From a candidate division WOR-3 bacterium (GTDB lineage Bacteria > Hydrothermota > 32-111), in NCBI GenBank assembly GCA_037481815.1, contig JBBFKX010000001.1, positions 64,001-128,000 of the forward strand: 64,000 nucleotides of DNA, written 5' to 3'. Both the position numbers and the translations under genes were made by a program. Shown here one piece after another: positions 30,822 to 39,956 of the stretch. Position 1 is the stretch's first letter. Each line of letters starts with the position of its first letter. Under the pieces are notes generated by a model. That model saw nothing but the letters and a program-made list of their open reading frames with translations. It was not told the DNA's origin and did no database searches.

Positions 30822-33029
30822 ATGAAAACAGAAACACATTCTGTACATGATGTTTTAGCAAAAAATGCAACTTCGTTTTTCATTCCCCCATTCCAAAGAG
30901 CATATGCATGGGGAAAACCTGAAATTGAGAGGTTCTTTCTTGATATATCCAAAATAATTGAATCAGAAATTAATACAAATGTACACGATAAATTAGAGCA
31001 TTTCTTTGGAACAATTGTAATAAAAGAAGAAATATCAGGATTTGCCAATAAATCTATAATAATTGATGGTCAACAAAGAATTACAACGACTCTAATTTTT
31101 TTAATTGCATTAAGAGATTTAGAATCAGATGAAGAGAAGAAAAAGTATATCACTAATACTTTTTTAATAAACAATTCTTCTTCTTTTCAAGATAAAATTA
31201 AACTCAAACAGGTAACAAAAGACTGGGATTCATATAAAGCTTTAATAAATGGAGAACAATCTCAACCTGGTGCCATAAAAAATGCTTATGATTTGTTAAA
31301 AAAACTGATAAAAGACAAAAAAAATATTAATCCTTCAGTAAATATTTATCATTATATAGTTGCTATTCAGAGATTAAATGTAGCAGTTATTTTTTTAGAT
31401 GAAAGGCCTTTTAAAGGTGAAGATCCACAAATCATTTTTGAAACTTTAAATTCATTAGGTAAACCACTCACGCTAGCAGATCTTATAAGAAACTATGTTT
31501 TGTTAAATATGAAAAGTGATCAACAAACTTCTGTCTATGAAAAAAAATGGTATCCACTTATAGAAAATATCCTTTTAGAACATACATCTGATTTTTTTAG
31601 AGATTATTTACAGTATAAAACAATAAGTTCTCTAAAAGTGGTAAACGAAAATAATACCAAGGAACTCTATCAGGAATTTAAAACTTTTGTTGAAGAAAAT
31701 TTTGAAAATAAAGATGAATTTATAGAGGATATCCTTAAATATGTGAAGTGCTATAAATGGATAATTAGTGAAATAAACGATGACTTTATAGCATCAAGCG
31801 GTTCAATCCAATATGATAAAGAAATAAAAGAGCTATTAAGAAATATTTTTCATGATATAAAAAGTGTAGCATTTAAACCATTCGTTTTAGGATTATTATA
31901 CTATCATCAGTATAGTGTGGATAACGTAAGACTAACTAATGAAACATTAATAAAAACTCTTAAAACGATAAGGACTTATTTAATAAGACGAAGAATCTTG
32001 GGGTTAACTCAAGGTGAAAATCAAAATATTGTTTTATTAAGTAAAAGAATAAAAGAGATTGCTGAAGGTAAAATCAATATGTTTGAACTTCTTACTAATC
32101 TCTTTTATTCTCTTAGATTTCCAAATGATAATGAGATTAAAAATGTTTTACAAACAATGAACTTTTATGAAGAATTAAAACAGTATTCAAAATTTATTTT
32201 AGGGAAAATCGAAGAACACAATTCAAAAGTATCTGTAAATTTTCGTAGTTCACAAATTACTATTGAACACATTATGCCTCAGAAATTAAATAACATTTGG
32301 GAGCAGGAGTTAGGAGATAATTTTGAAGAAATTCATAAAAAATATTTGCACAATATAGGTAATCTTATTTTAACCGAATTTAATTTTGAATTGGGTAACA
32401 AATCTTTTAATGAAAAGAAAAATAAACTAAAAAATTCTAATCTTTTTTATAGAAATTTTATTATTAATAAGAATAAATGGAATGAAACAAGTATTATTGA
32501 ACATCAATCAAAAATGATTAACTGCTTCTTGGAAACCTTTCCTGTACCTGAAGAATATAAAGAAAAAAATAATTGGAATTCACAAATAAATTACAAAACA
32601 AAATTTAGTCCTTTAGAAGATAATGTTGATGATTTTGTTCAAAGAAATAAACCCATCGAACTTACAATTTTTGATGAAACAATTAAAGTCAGTACTTGGC
32701 AAGATGTATTTGTTAAGTTTTTGAAGTATATTTCAGATAATCCTAAATTTGATTTCAACTTTATTATTGATAATCAATTCGAATTATTTAGACGTGAAGA
32801 TGTTATCTTAAAGTGGAATTCTTTAAAAGAAATATTGAATTCTAACCCTGAATTGTCCAATCGGTATAAAAATTTTAATGGTGAGACCTTTGAAAAAGTG
32901 AAAGAGTTAAATGATGATATGATTTTTATACATATTAATATTTCTGCATCTAATTGTATTTCAAGAATTTCTAATGTTATGAATAAATTGTATATAGATA
33001 AAAATTCAGTAATGATAAAATTAAAATAA
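30822..33029 (+). CDS. GmrSD-family type IV restriction protein (DUF262-DUF1524) with extra C-terminal domain
   Basis: PPFQRAYAW, IDGQQRITT, IFETLNSLG (DUF262); TIEHIMPQ...IGNLIL...N..LGNK (DUF1524 HNH). Confidence 0.9.
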   Translation: MKTETHSVHDVLAKNATSFFIPPFQRAYAWGKPEIERFFLDISKIIESEINTNVHDKLEHFFGTIVIKEEISGFANKSIIIDGQQRITTTLIFLIALRDLESDEEKKKYITNTFLINNSSSFQDKIKLKQVTKDWDSYKALINGEQSQPGAIKNAYDLLKKLIKDKKNINPSVNIYHYIVAIQRLNVAVIFLDERPFKGEDPQIIFETLNSLGKPLTLADLIRNYVLLNMKSDQQTSVYEKKWYPLIENILLEHTSDFFRDYLQYKTISSLKVVNENNTKELYQEFKTFVEENFENKDEFIEDILKYVKCYKWIISEINDDFIASSGSIQYDKEIKELLRNIFHDIKSVAFKPFVLGLLYYHQYSVDNVRLTNETLIKTLKTIRTYLIRRRILGLTQGENQNIVLLSKRIKEIAEGKINMFELLTNLFYSLRFPNDNEIKNVLQTMNFYEELKQYSKFILGKIEEHNSKVSVNFRSSQITIEHIMPQKLNNIWEQELGDNFEEIHKKYLHNIGNLILTEFNFELGNKSFNEKKNKLKNSNLFYRNFIINKNKWNETSIIEHQSKMINCFLETFPVPEEYKEKNNWNSQINYKTKFSPLEDNVDDFVQRNKPIELTIFDETIKVSTWQDVFVKFLKYISDNPKFDFNFIIDNQFELFRREDVILKWNSLKEILNSNPELSNRYKNFNGETFEKVKELNDDMIFIHINISASNCISRISNVMNKLYIDKNSVMIKLK

Positions 33030-33046
33030 AATTTTACATATATTTA

Positions 33047-33082
33047 TCCTCTTCGGGGACGGTTTCCTCTTTGGGGACGGTG
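33047..33082 (+). repeat. 18-bp tandem direct repeat TCCTCTT(C/T)GGGGACGGT(T/G) x2
   Basis: Units at 33047-33064 and 33065-33082. Confidence 0.85.
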
Positions 33083-33102
33083 CTTGACTTTTTGACATTT
33101 TT
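33072..33102 (+). repeat. 31-bp dispersed repeat, copy 2
   Basis: Identical to 13827-13857. Confidence 0.95.
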
Positions 33103-33110
33103 ACAAACCT

Positions 33111-33407
33111 GTAGGCGCAGGCTTTAGCCTGCGAAATTTGGCGCAATCTAAAGATTGCGGCTACCAGAATAAAAACATAAAACACATAACGCAACCTAAG
33201 GGTTGTGGCTACCAGAATAAAATATATAAAACACATAACGCACCCTAAAGATTGCGGCTGCCAAAACAATAAAAAACAAAAAACCATGGTAGCCTCAGGC
33301 TTTAGCCTGAGAGAAAAAACATAAAACATATAGCGCACCCTAAAGGGTGCGGCTACCACAATCAATAAAACATAAAACATATAACGCACCCTGAAGGGTG
33401 CGGCTAC
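33111..33407. repeat. Cluster of seven GTAG-type REP palindromes (BIME-like)
   Basis: 23-bp units at 33111(+), 33142(-), 33190(-), 33239(-), 33289(+), 33334(-), 33385(-); consensus GTAG-CCGCACCC-TTTA-GGGTGCG; related A-rich linkers. Confidence 0.88.
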
Positions 33408-33459
33408 AAGGCGAGGGATTTTCAAAATTTTTGCGTCAAAAATGTCAAAAGGAGAAAAA

Positions 33460-33915
33460 ATGAAAGAAAAAATTTTATACATCGTTCTTGCGGTCTCAGT
33501 TGGAATAAATATTGGACTTTTAGGTGTTTATATTTTTTTATTGGTTAACAAACCAAACTTTAATGATTTCCATTTTAATGACAGAGATTTTAAAGATCGT
33601 TTCCCGGGTTTTGAAAATTTAAGAACTGTTATGGATGATGTGAGGGAGTTGAATCAACCGTATTTTGAAAAACTTGATGATACAAAAGAGCAGATAATTG
33701 AGATTATCAAAAAGGATAAACCAGACACATCTTTACTTGATTCATTTTTAAGAGAGCAATCAAAAACGAGGTATATGATAGATAAAAATTTAGTTTATAC
33801 GATTATTAAGGTTAAAGAAAATTTAAGCGAAGAGGAAAAAGAGTTTTTGCAAGAATTTTTTGAAAACAGAGGAATGCCGAAAAGAATTATTATGAAAAGA
33901 AGGATAATCAAATAA
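33460..33915 (+). CDS. Periplasmic heavy-metal-sensor / Spy-CpxP-like protein
   Basis: AGGAG RBS + ATG 33460; SVGINIG TM anchor; helical domain with KPD and L..EEK motifs. Confidence 0.7.
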   Translation: MKEKILYIVLAVSVGINIGLLGVYIFLLVNKPNFNDFHFNDRDFKDRFPGFENLRTVMDDVRELNQPYFEKLDDTKEQIIEIIKKDKPDTSLLDSFLREQSKTRYMIDKNLVYTIIKVKENLSEEEKEFLQEFFENRGMPKRIIMKRRIIK

Positions 33916-33927
33916 AAAGGAGGAAAA

Positions 33928-34461
33928 ATGAAAAAACTTCTAACAGTTTCACTTGTTGCACTTTTTATTGCTGTGCTTTTCATCCCATCGTATTCACAGG
34001 GGATGAAGATTAAAGACAAAGATTTTCAGATTGTAAAGCAGAAAGAGGTGAAAATTTTTGCTGATGATTTTGATTTTTTGAATCTAACAGATGATCAGAA
34101 GGATAAGATTGATGATCTCAGGGCAGAACAGCACAAGAATTTGCTTGAACTAAGATATAAACTCGCTATGAAAAATTTTGAGTTGAACGAACTTATGAGG
34201 AAAAGCCCTGACGAGAAAAAAGCGTTGAAAATCGTTGAAGAAATAGGTAAAATTAAACTTGATATAGAAAAATCAAGAATAACGAACCACTTTAAAATTC
34301 GCTCAATTTTAACTGATGATCAGAAAAAATTGTTTGATAAACATTTTGGTATGGGAATGGGCAGGGGTTTTGGAATGAACAAAATGTTTAATTTTAAAAT
34401 AAACAAAGGAATGGGTTTTAACGGAGATTGTCCTTTTTTAGATGAGGATGAGGAAGATTAA
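33928..34461 (+). CDS. Spy/CpxP family (LTxxQ) periplasmic chaperone
   Basis: Signal peptide; two LTDDQK motifs; Gly/Met-rich tail. Confidence 0.88.
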   Translation: MKKLLTVSLVALFIAVLFIPSYSQGMKIKDKDFQIVKQKEVKIFADDFDFLNLTDDQKDKIDDLRAEQHKNLLELRYKLAMKNFELNELMRKSPDEKKALKIVEEIGKIKLDIEKSRITNHFKIRSILTDDQKKLFDKHFGMGMGRGFGMNKMFNFKINKGMGFNGDCPFLDEDEED

Positions 34462-34473
34462 AAACTAAAATAG

Positions 34474-34507
34474 ATGTGGGGATTTTTAAAATCCCCACAT
34501 ATTTTTT
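34474..34507 (+). terminator. Intrinsic terminator
   Basis: ATGTGGGGATTTT / AAAATCCCCACAT inverted repeat followed by a T-run. Confidence 0.8.
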
Positions 34508-35059
34508 ATGGAAAAAGTAAATTTATCAGACGAACAGTTGATTGACCAGTTCCTGAAAGGGGATGAGAGTTCTTTTAAGATTCTTTTTGAAAGATATTCA
34601 CAGAAGGTTTTTATGTTAGTTTTTTCATACACAAAAGATTATGAGGATTCAAAGGATATAACACAGGAAATATTTTTGAAAGTTTATACGAGTTTAAAAG
34701 ATTTTAAGAGAAAATCAAAATTCTCGACATGGATCTACAGAATCAGTGTGAATCATGCGATATCTTTTTTAAGAAAAAACAAGAAAGAAAAAAATCTTAT
34801 TTCTTTTGATCAAATAAATGAAACTGAAATTGAAAATTATGAGGAAGAAAAAATTGAATATGATAAAAAACTTGCTGAAAGGTTGCTTTTTGAATTACCT
34901 GAAAATCAGAGGATAGCATTTATCCTTTCACAGAAGGAAGGGAAAAAATACAAGGAGATCGCTGAAATTCTGAATGTTTCGGAAAAGGCAGTCGAATCGC
35001 TTGTTTACAGGGCAAGAGAAAATCTTAGAGAAAAACTTGAAAAAGAAAATAAGATGTGA
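34508..35059 (+). CDS. ECF RNA polymerase sigma factor
   Basis: DITQEIFLK, FSTWIYRISVN, LPENQR, YKEIAEIL..SEKAVESLVYRAR. Confidence 0.95.
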   Translation: MEKVNLSDEQLIDQFLKGDESSFKILFERYSQKVFMLVFSYTKDYEDSKDITQEIFLKVYTSLKDFKRKSKFSTWIYRISVNHAISFLRKNKKEKNLISFDQINETEIENYEEEKIEYDKKLAERLLFELPENQRIAFILSQKEGKKYKEIAEILNVSEKAVESLVYRARENLREKLEKENKM

Positions 35060-35066
35060 GGTTTTT

Positions 35067-35507
35067 ATGAAACATCCTGATAAAATTTTGATTTCGAAAT
35101 TTATCGATAATGAAATAGTTGATCAAAAAAAGGTTGAAGAGATAAAAAAACATTTAAGTTCTTGTGAGATTTGCAGAAAGATTTATGAACAATATTTAAA
35201 GGTTAACAAACTTGTTGACATGGTTGATTTAGAAGTTTCCCCAGATCTTTATGGAGAATTTTTTCAAAAAAGGATTAACGCTCTTTCAAATCAAAGAAAT
35301 TCGTTGAAAATTTCATTATCTTTTGCACTTGTTCTTATTTTGGTGTTTATTATGAGTTTTTCTATAACTCTTTTAACTGGCAGAAAGAGTATTGAAAAAA
35401 AATATCAGGTTGCTGAAAAAAAGTCAATTGTTGAACAGTCATTTTCAAGTTTTCTTTCAGAGGACTATTCTAACATCTCAAAAAGTGTTAACTATATAAC
35501 CAAATAA
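35067..35507 (+). CDS. Zinc-binding anti-sigma factor (zf-HC2) with TM segment
   Basis: ATG 35067 after GAGG; HLSSCEIC (HxxxCxxC); one TM. Confidence 0.85.
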   Translation: MKHPDKILISKFIDNEIVDQKKVEEIKKHLSSCEICRKIYEQYLKVNKLVDMVDLEVSPDLYGEFFQKRINALSNQRNSLKISLSFALVLILVFIMSFSITLLTGRKSIEKKYQVAEKKSIVEQSFSSFLSEDYSNISKSVNYITK

Positions 35508-35550
35508 TTTTAACCTATCCCTCCCTAAATACACTCTCAATTACTCTCCC

Positions 35551-35579
35551 AACCGGGGCAACAACCCCGGTTTAATTTT
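35551..35579 (+). terminator. Intrinsic terminator
   Basis: AACCGGGG-caacaa-CCCCGGTT followed by a T-rich tail. Confidence 0.75.
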
Positions 35580-35626
35580 GTTGATTTTTCTTCTAAAAAG
35601 TTTTATCATTTTTCCTTGGAGGTGTT

Positions 35627-38600
35627 ATGAAAAAATTTTTGTTTTTTCTTATATTTACTGTTTCAACTATCATTTTCTCTGAGCAAATTGTTGTTTATAT
35701 CAACGATGAAGGTGATTTCAATGAAATTGTAAAAATATATAACTCTCAATATTTTTACCATATCGAAGAATCATATCCCGTTATTCCATCATACAAAATT
35801 TTTATTCAATTTGATAATGACATATTGATAGATAGTTCCTATTTTTTGGTTGAAAGTATAGATACTTTAAAAGATTTTGCTTTGATCGCAGGTGAAAATC
35901 CGTTACCGAAAATTTTTTCTCCATTAAAAAGATCTTCTCTTAAACTTGTTAAGGGAGTTTTCCCTGAAGAAACTCATAGAATTTTCAAATCAAAAGCAAA
36001 TGATAAAATTTTTGTTTCAGGTTATGTAAACAATTTTTATTATGAAAATGGAAAGATTTTCAAAAGAAAAGGGAAACTTGTTATAGTTTATAAAAATCTT
36101 ACTTCCCCAGAAATTAATACCAAAAGTAAAAATGAATTTTTGATAATCACTTCTGACAGTTTGAAGTCATACTGGACTGACTATGTGAATTTAAAAAAAG
36201 ATTATACAGTTAACATAGTTGGTGTTTCCGAAATCTTTTCTTTGTATCCAGCAAAAACGAAAAGTCAGGCGATCAGAGAGTATATAAAAATTTTATATGA
36301 AACTGGAAAACTTGCTGGAGTTTTACTCGGAGGAGATGTTGATGTGATTCCACCTTTTTATGTTCAACTCGTTATAACGCCACAACTTTCTACTTCAGAT
36401 CAAACGATACCAACAGATAAATTTTTCTCATGTCTTGATGGTTATCCAAATTTTCTTAACGATACACTCTTTGATGATGCCGATTCGATTGACTTAGCAC
36501 CAGATATTCTTATCGGAAGAGTTCCTGTGAAAACAGGAGGTGATATTACAAATTTCATCCAGAAGGTTATAAAGTTTGAAAACCTCATTAACGATACGAT
36601 CCTTTTTGCTGCATCGTTTCTTGATCCCAATACTGATGGAAGTCAGAATATTGAAAATATGATAAAGAACATTCCCATCAAAAATCCCACAATCAAACTT
36701 TATGAAAGTTCAAACAATCTTTCCTCTTTTTCGTTCATCGAAAACATCAACAAAAGTCCATTTTTGATTTCACATGATGGACATGGTAATTATTCTGTGA
36801 TTCAAACTGGAATCGATTACACAACAAAAAGTAATTTTGATACTTTGAAAAATACAAACCCTGTTTTGATGTACTCCTTATCATGTCTTTCTGCTGCCTA
36901 TGATTATGATTGTGTTGCAGAGCATTTTATACTCTCTCCAAATGGTGGTGGCTTTTATATAGGTAATTCGAGATATGGATGGTATACTCCATATTTTGCG
37001 GGATTCGGAACAGGTGATATTTTAAACTATAACTTTTTCAAAATCATTTTGAACAATTACGACAATCCTTCTTTATCTTTAAATGAAACATTTTTGAATT
37101 TTATCGAAGAGATCAGATTGAAAAATGATTGGAGATGGCAGTTTTACACTTTGAACTATTTTGGGGATCCTTTGCTTAACCTGAAAACAAACAAAAAGAA
37201 GAGCACGGTTCAACTTGTAAAACCTGTTTATAAAAATGGTAATTTAAATCTTTCAGTTCAGACCAAAGATAGTTGTTTTGTGTCGATAGTTGGAAAAACT
37301 TTTTCGATTGATACTTTCGTTTATAAAGAGAAAAATATTTTATCTATAAAACTTGATAATTCCGACTCAATATTTTTATATGTAAAAAATAATGATGAAA
37401 CTGTTCTTGATACGACGATAATTTTAGATGATTTCTATTCAAAATCTATTTTTCTGAAAGATTACACTTTTCAAAAGATGAACGATACTTTTCTTTTAAA
37501 TCTTTATTTAACAGGTGATTCAACCGGTATTTTTTATATTAAAACTTTTTCCAATATTGATACTCTAAATTTCATAGATGATGATACAAATTTTGCTTTT
37601 CCTAATGATACGATTATCACTTTCAGATTTACAACAAAAAATGAACTAAAAAATTCAAGTTTGATAGGAGTAGTGCTTGAAGATGATACTTTGTATGTCG
37701 GGTATGGAAGGAATATTTCTGAAAACCTGAAAGTAAAATTCATACCTGAAAAACAACATTATATTTCTGGTGAAATCGTAAAATATAATGTTTATGTGAA
37801 CAGTTTTACAGGTGAAACACTGGGTTTAAATTTTAAAGGAAAGAACTTTCAGATATTGAAAGGTAAAAATATTTTTTCTGATAGTTTTACACTTGTTAAC
37901 ACTCAGCAGATTGAAACATTGAAACTTGATTTTACTTCTGCCCTTGAAACAAAAGTTTTAACATACAAACTTAACATCAACGATAACAATTCATACGAAA
38001 GTTTTGAAAATTCTCCTTCGATCAGGGTTGATTCTTCAACAGCGTTTTTCCATATAACGAACAGAAGAAACAACTTTGGTTTATATTCAATCTTTTCAGG
38101 ATACGAAACAGTTGAAACATATCCAGCAAACTATATAACAACATTTTATACTGATTCGTTTGTTTTTGATTCAAACTATATTTTTGGTTTCTCAGCGTTC
38201 GTTGATATAGAACCGGGAATGGATTACCTGGTTGTAAAACTTGTATCAGATTCTTTTGAGATGCCTTTGATAACTCTTTCACAGAGAACAGATGATTTTA
38301 AAAATTATATTTTCAACGCTTCCGACTTCAAAAATTTACACAACCAAAAAACGATTATTCAATTTTCTTTCTATTCTGAAAATGATCCTGTTCAATATAA
38401 AGGTGTTTATATCGATGATGTAACGCTTCCGGGTGAAAAAATAGATTTCTCTGGAGAAAAGTTTGTAAAAACTCCCGTTAGCAAAGATCTGTCGATTTCT
38501 TGTAGGATGGGATCACTTTTCATCGAGGGTGATTTTGATAAGATCAATCTTAAAGTTTATGATATCACCGGGAAAATCGTGTTTAGTAAAGAAATAAAGA

Positions 38601-38704
38601 AAGGTATCAAAACTTTAAAATTTGATAAACCTTCAGGGATATATTTTGTTAGAGTTGAAAACAAAGATAATGTCTCAACGAAAAAGATTATTCTGATAAA
38701 ATGA
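35627..38704 (+). CDS. Peptidase C25 (gingipain-like) with T9SS-like tail
   Basis: Signal peptide; VLLGGD, TDKFFSCLDG, IGRVP, HDGHG (His), SCL (Cys), IGNSRYGW, YFGDP; VYDITGK...PSGIYFVR...KKIILIK. Confidence 0.88.
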   Translation: MKKFLFFLIFTVSTIIFSEQIVVYINDEGDFNEIVKIYNSQYFYHIEESYPVIPSYKIFIQFDNDILIDSSYFLVESIDTLKDFALIAGENPLPKIFSPLKRSSLKLVKGVFPEETHRIFKSKANDKIFVSGYVNNFYYENGKIFKRKGKLVIVYKNLTSPEINTKSKNEFLIITSDSLKSYWTDYVNLKKDYTVNIVGVSEIFSLYPAKTKSQAIREYIKILYETGKLAGVLLGGDVDVIPPFYVQLVITPQLSTSDQTIPTDKFFSCLDGYPNFLNDTLFDDADSIDLAPDILIGRVPVKTGGDITNFIQKVIKFENLINDTILFAASFLDPNTDGSQNIENMIKNIPIKNPTIKLYESSNNLSSFSFIENINKSPFLISHDGHGNYSVIQTGIDYTTKSNFDTLKNTNPVLMYSLSCLSAAYDYDCVAEHFILSPNGGGFYIGNSRYGWYTPYFAGFGTGDILNYNFFKIILNNYDNPSLSLNETFLNFIEEIRLKNDWRWQFYTLNYFGDPLLNLKTNKKKSTVQLVKPVYKNGNLNLSVQTKDSCFVSIVGKTFSIDTFVYKEKNILSIKLDNSDSIFLYVKNNDETVLDTTIILDDFYSKSIFLKDYTFQKMNDTFLLNLYLTGDSTGIFYIKTFSNIDTLNFIDDDTNFAFPNDTIITFRFTTKNELKNSSLIGVVLEDDTLYVGYGRNISENLKVKFIPEKQHYISGEIVKYNVYVNSFTGETLGLNFKGKNFQILKGKNIFSDSFTLVNTQQIETLKLDFTSALETKVLTYKLNINDNNSYESFENSPSIRVDSSTAFFHITNRRNNFGLYSIFSGYETVETYPANYITTFYTDSFVFDSNYIFGFSAFVDIEPGMDYLVVKLVSDSFEMPLITLSQRTDDFKNYIFNASDFKNLHNQKTIIQFSFYSENDPVQYKGVYIDDVTLPGEKIDFSGEKFVKTPVSKDLSISCRMGSLFIEGDFDKINLKVYDITGKIVFSKEIKKGIKTLKFDKPSGIYFVRVENKDNVSTKKIILIK

Positions 38705-38707
38705 TGA

Positions 38708-39913
38708 TTATAGTTTTCTTAATTTCAAAGAGAGAAATAAAGATACGAAAGAAACTATAAATGAAAGAAGAAAAGCGAAGTTAAAAGAGATCTTATCTAT
38801 AATTATTCCATTTATTACAGGGAAAAGGTAAATTGGAGATAGAAGGGTGTTGTAAAAACCAATATAAGTTGACCTTTTTTCAGAAGGTGAGATTGTCAAA
38901 AGCAAAGATGGGCTTGCGACCTGGATCCCTGAATAAAAGACTCCGTTGATGAAAAATAGTATAAAGATCAAAAAGTGGTGTTGGAATGAGAAGTATGCAA
39001 GGATTGGTATTATCATACCAGTTATTGAACTTATTATGAAAAGATGTTTTAAAGATTTTTTCTTCTGTATATAGTCCCACAAAAAGTTTGATATCAAAAG
39101 TCCACCCATTCTTAATGAAATCAAAATCCCCGAGAGTTCAACTCTCAAATTTAAAACTTTTATAACATAAATCATAAAGAAAGGTTCAAGTGCAAGAGAA
39201 ATACCAGCGAGTGTTCGGAGAGAAAAAAGAGTTGTAAATCTTTTATCTTTTAAAATTGTTAGAAATCCGGTTTTCAAAAATTTCAAAAAGTTTTTCTCTC
39301 GTTCCTTTTCAGGTTCTTCTGGTTCATAAACAAGACAGAATGAATAAAGCCCGATTCCAACAACTATTGAAGCGATTAAAAAAAGTATCGAAAAGTTTAC
39401 AGGGTAGTTGTATTTTGCGAGAACAAATTTTACGAGGAAACCACCGAGTATTGAAAGAAAACCACCGATAGCGATTCTTAGTCCCCAGAAAAGATGCTGC
39501 TTGTTGGGACTTATCGTTTTTGCGACTATATCCATAAACGGAAGCCCTGCGATTCCTCCTGATGTGTGGTAAATAAACATAGAGAGTAAAAATAATGGTA
39601 GAACATTTTTCGGATTTATGAAAATCAAAATTGACATAAGAAGGATTGAAAAGAATCTGATATAAGCCGTGATATCGTAAACAAATTTTTTTCTTTTTTT
39701 ACCTTCAAGGAAAAATGCCGTGAAAAGTTGTGGCATAGGCCATAAAAAATTATATAAAGATGATCCGAATCCAATTACAATCGAGGATTTTGTGAGATGA
39801 CTCAAATATAATGGAAGGACTGTTGAAGAACCTGTTATCGTATCAACAAGGTTCATGAGAATGCCGTTGATCACACCTAAAGGAAAATTCTTTTTATACT
39901 TTTTCTCTTCCAT
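38708..39913 (-). CDS. MFS transporter
   Basis: About 12 TMs; TVLPLY, DIVAKTI, P.EKRSTYIG. Confidence 0.85.
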   Translation of the reverse strand: MEEKKYKKNFPLGVINGILMNLVDTITGSSTVLPLYLSHLTKSSIVIGFGSSLYNFLWPMPQLFTAFFLEGKKRKKFVYDITAYIRFFSILLMSILIFINPKNVLPLFLLSMFIYHTSGGIAGLPFMDIVAKTISPNKQHLFWGLRIAIGGFLSILGGFLVKFVLAKYNYPVNFSILFLIASIVVGIGLYSFCLVYEPEEPEKEREKNFLKFLKTGFLTILKDKRFTTLFSLRTLAGISLALEPFFMIYVIKVLNLRVELSGILISLRMGGLLISNFLWDYIQKKKSLKHLFIISSITGMIIPILAYFSFQHHFLIFILFFINGVFYSGIQVASPSLLLTISPSEKRSTYIGFYNTLLSPIYLFPVINGIIIDKISFNFAFLLSFIVSFVSLFLSLKLRKL

Positions 39914-39956
39914 AGTTTTTATATGTTAATTAAATCAATTTTAAAGTCAACAAAAT

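Noticed and set aside
33040..33060. attR duplication of the tRNA-Ser 3-prime end
   Set aside because: CCTCTTCG vs CCTCTCCG is too short and imperfect
33111..33407. CRISPR array
   Set aside because: Units occur in both orientations and vary in sequence, the linkers resemble each other, and no cas genes are present; fits GTAG REPs
33021..33482. 153-aa minus-strand ORF with VAAPFRVR repeats
   Set aside because: Translation artefact of the REP array
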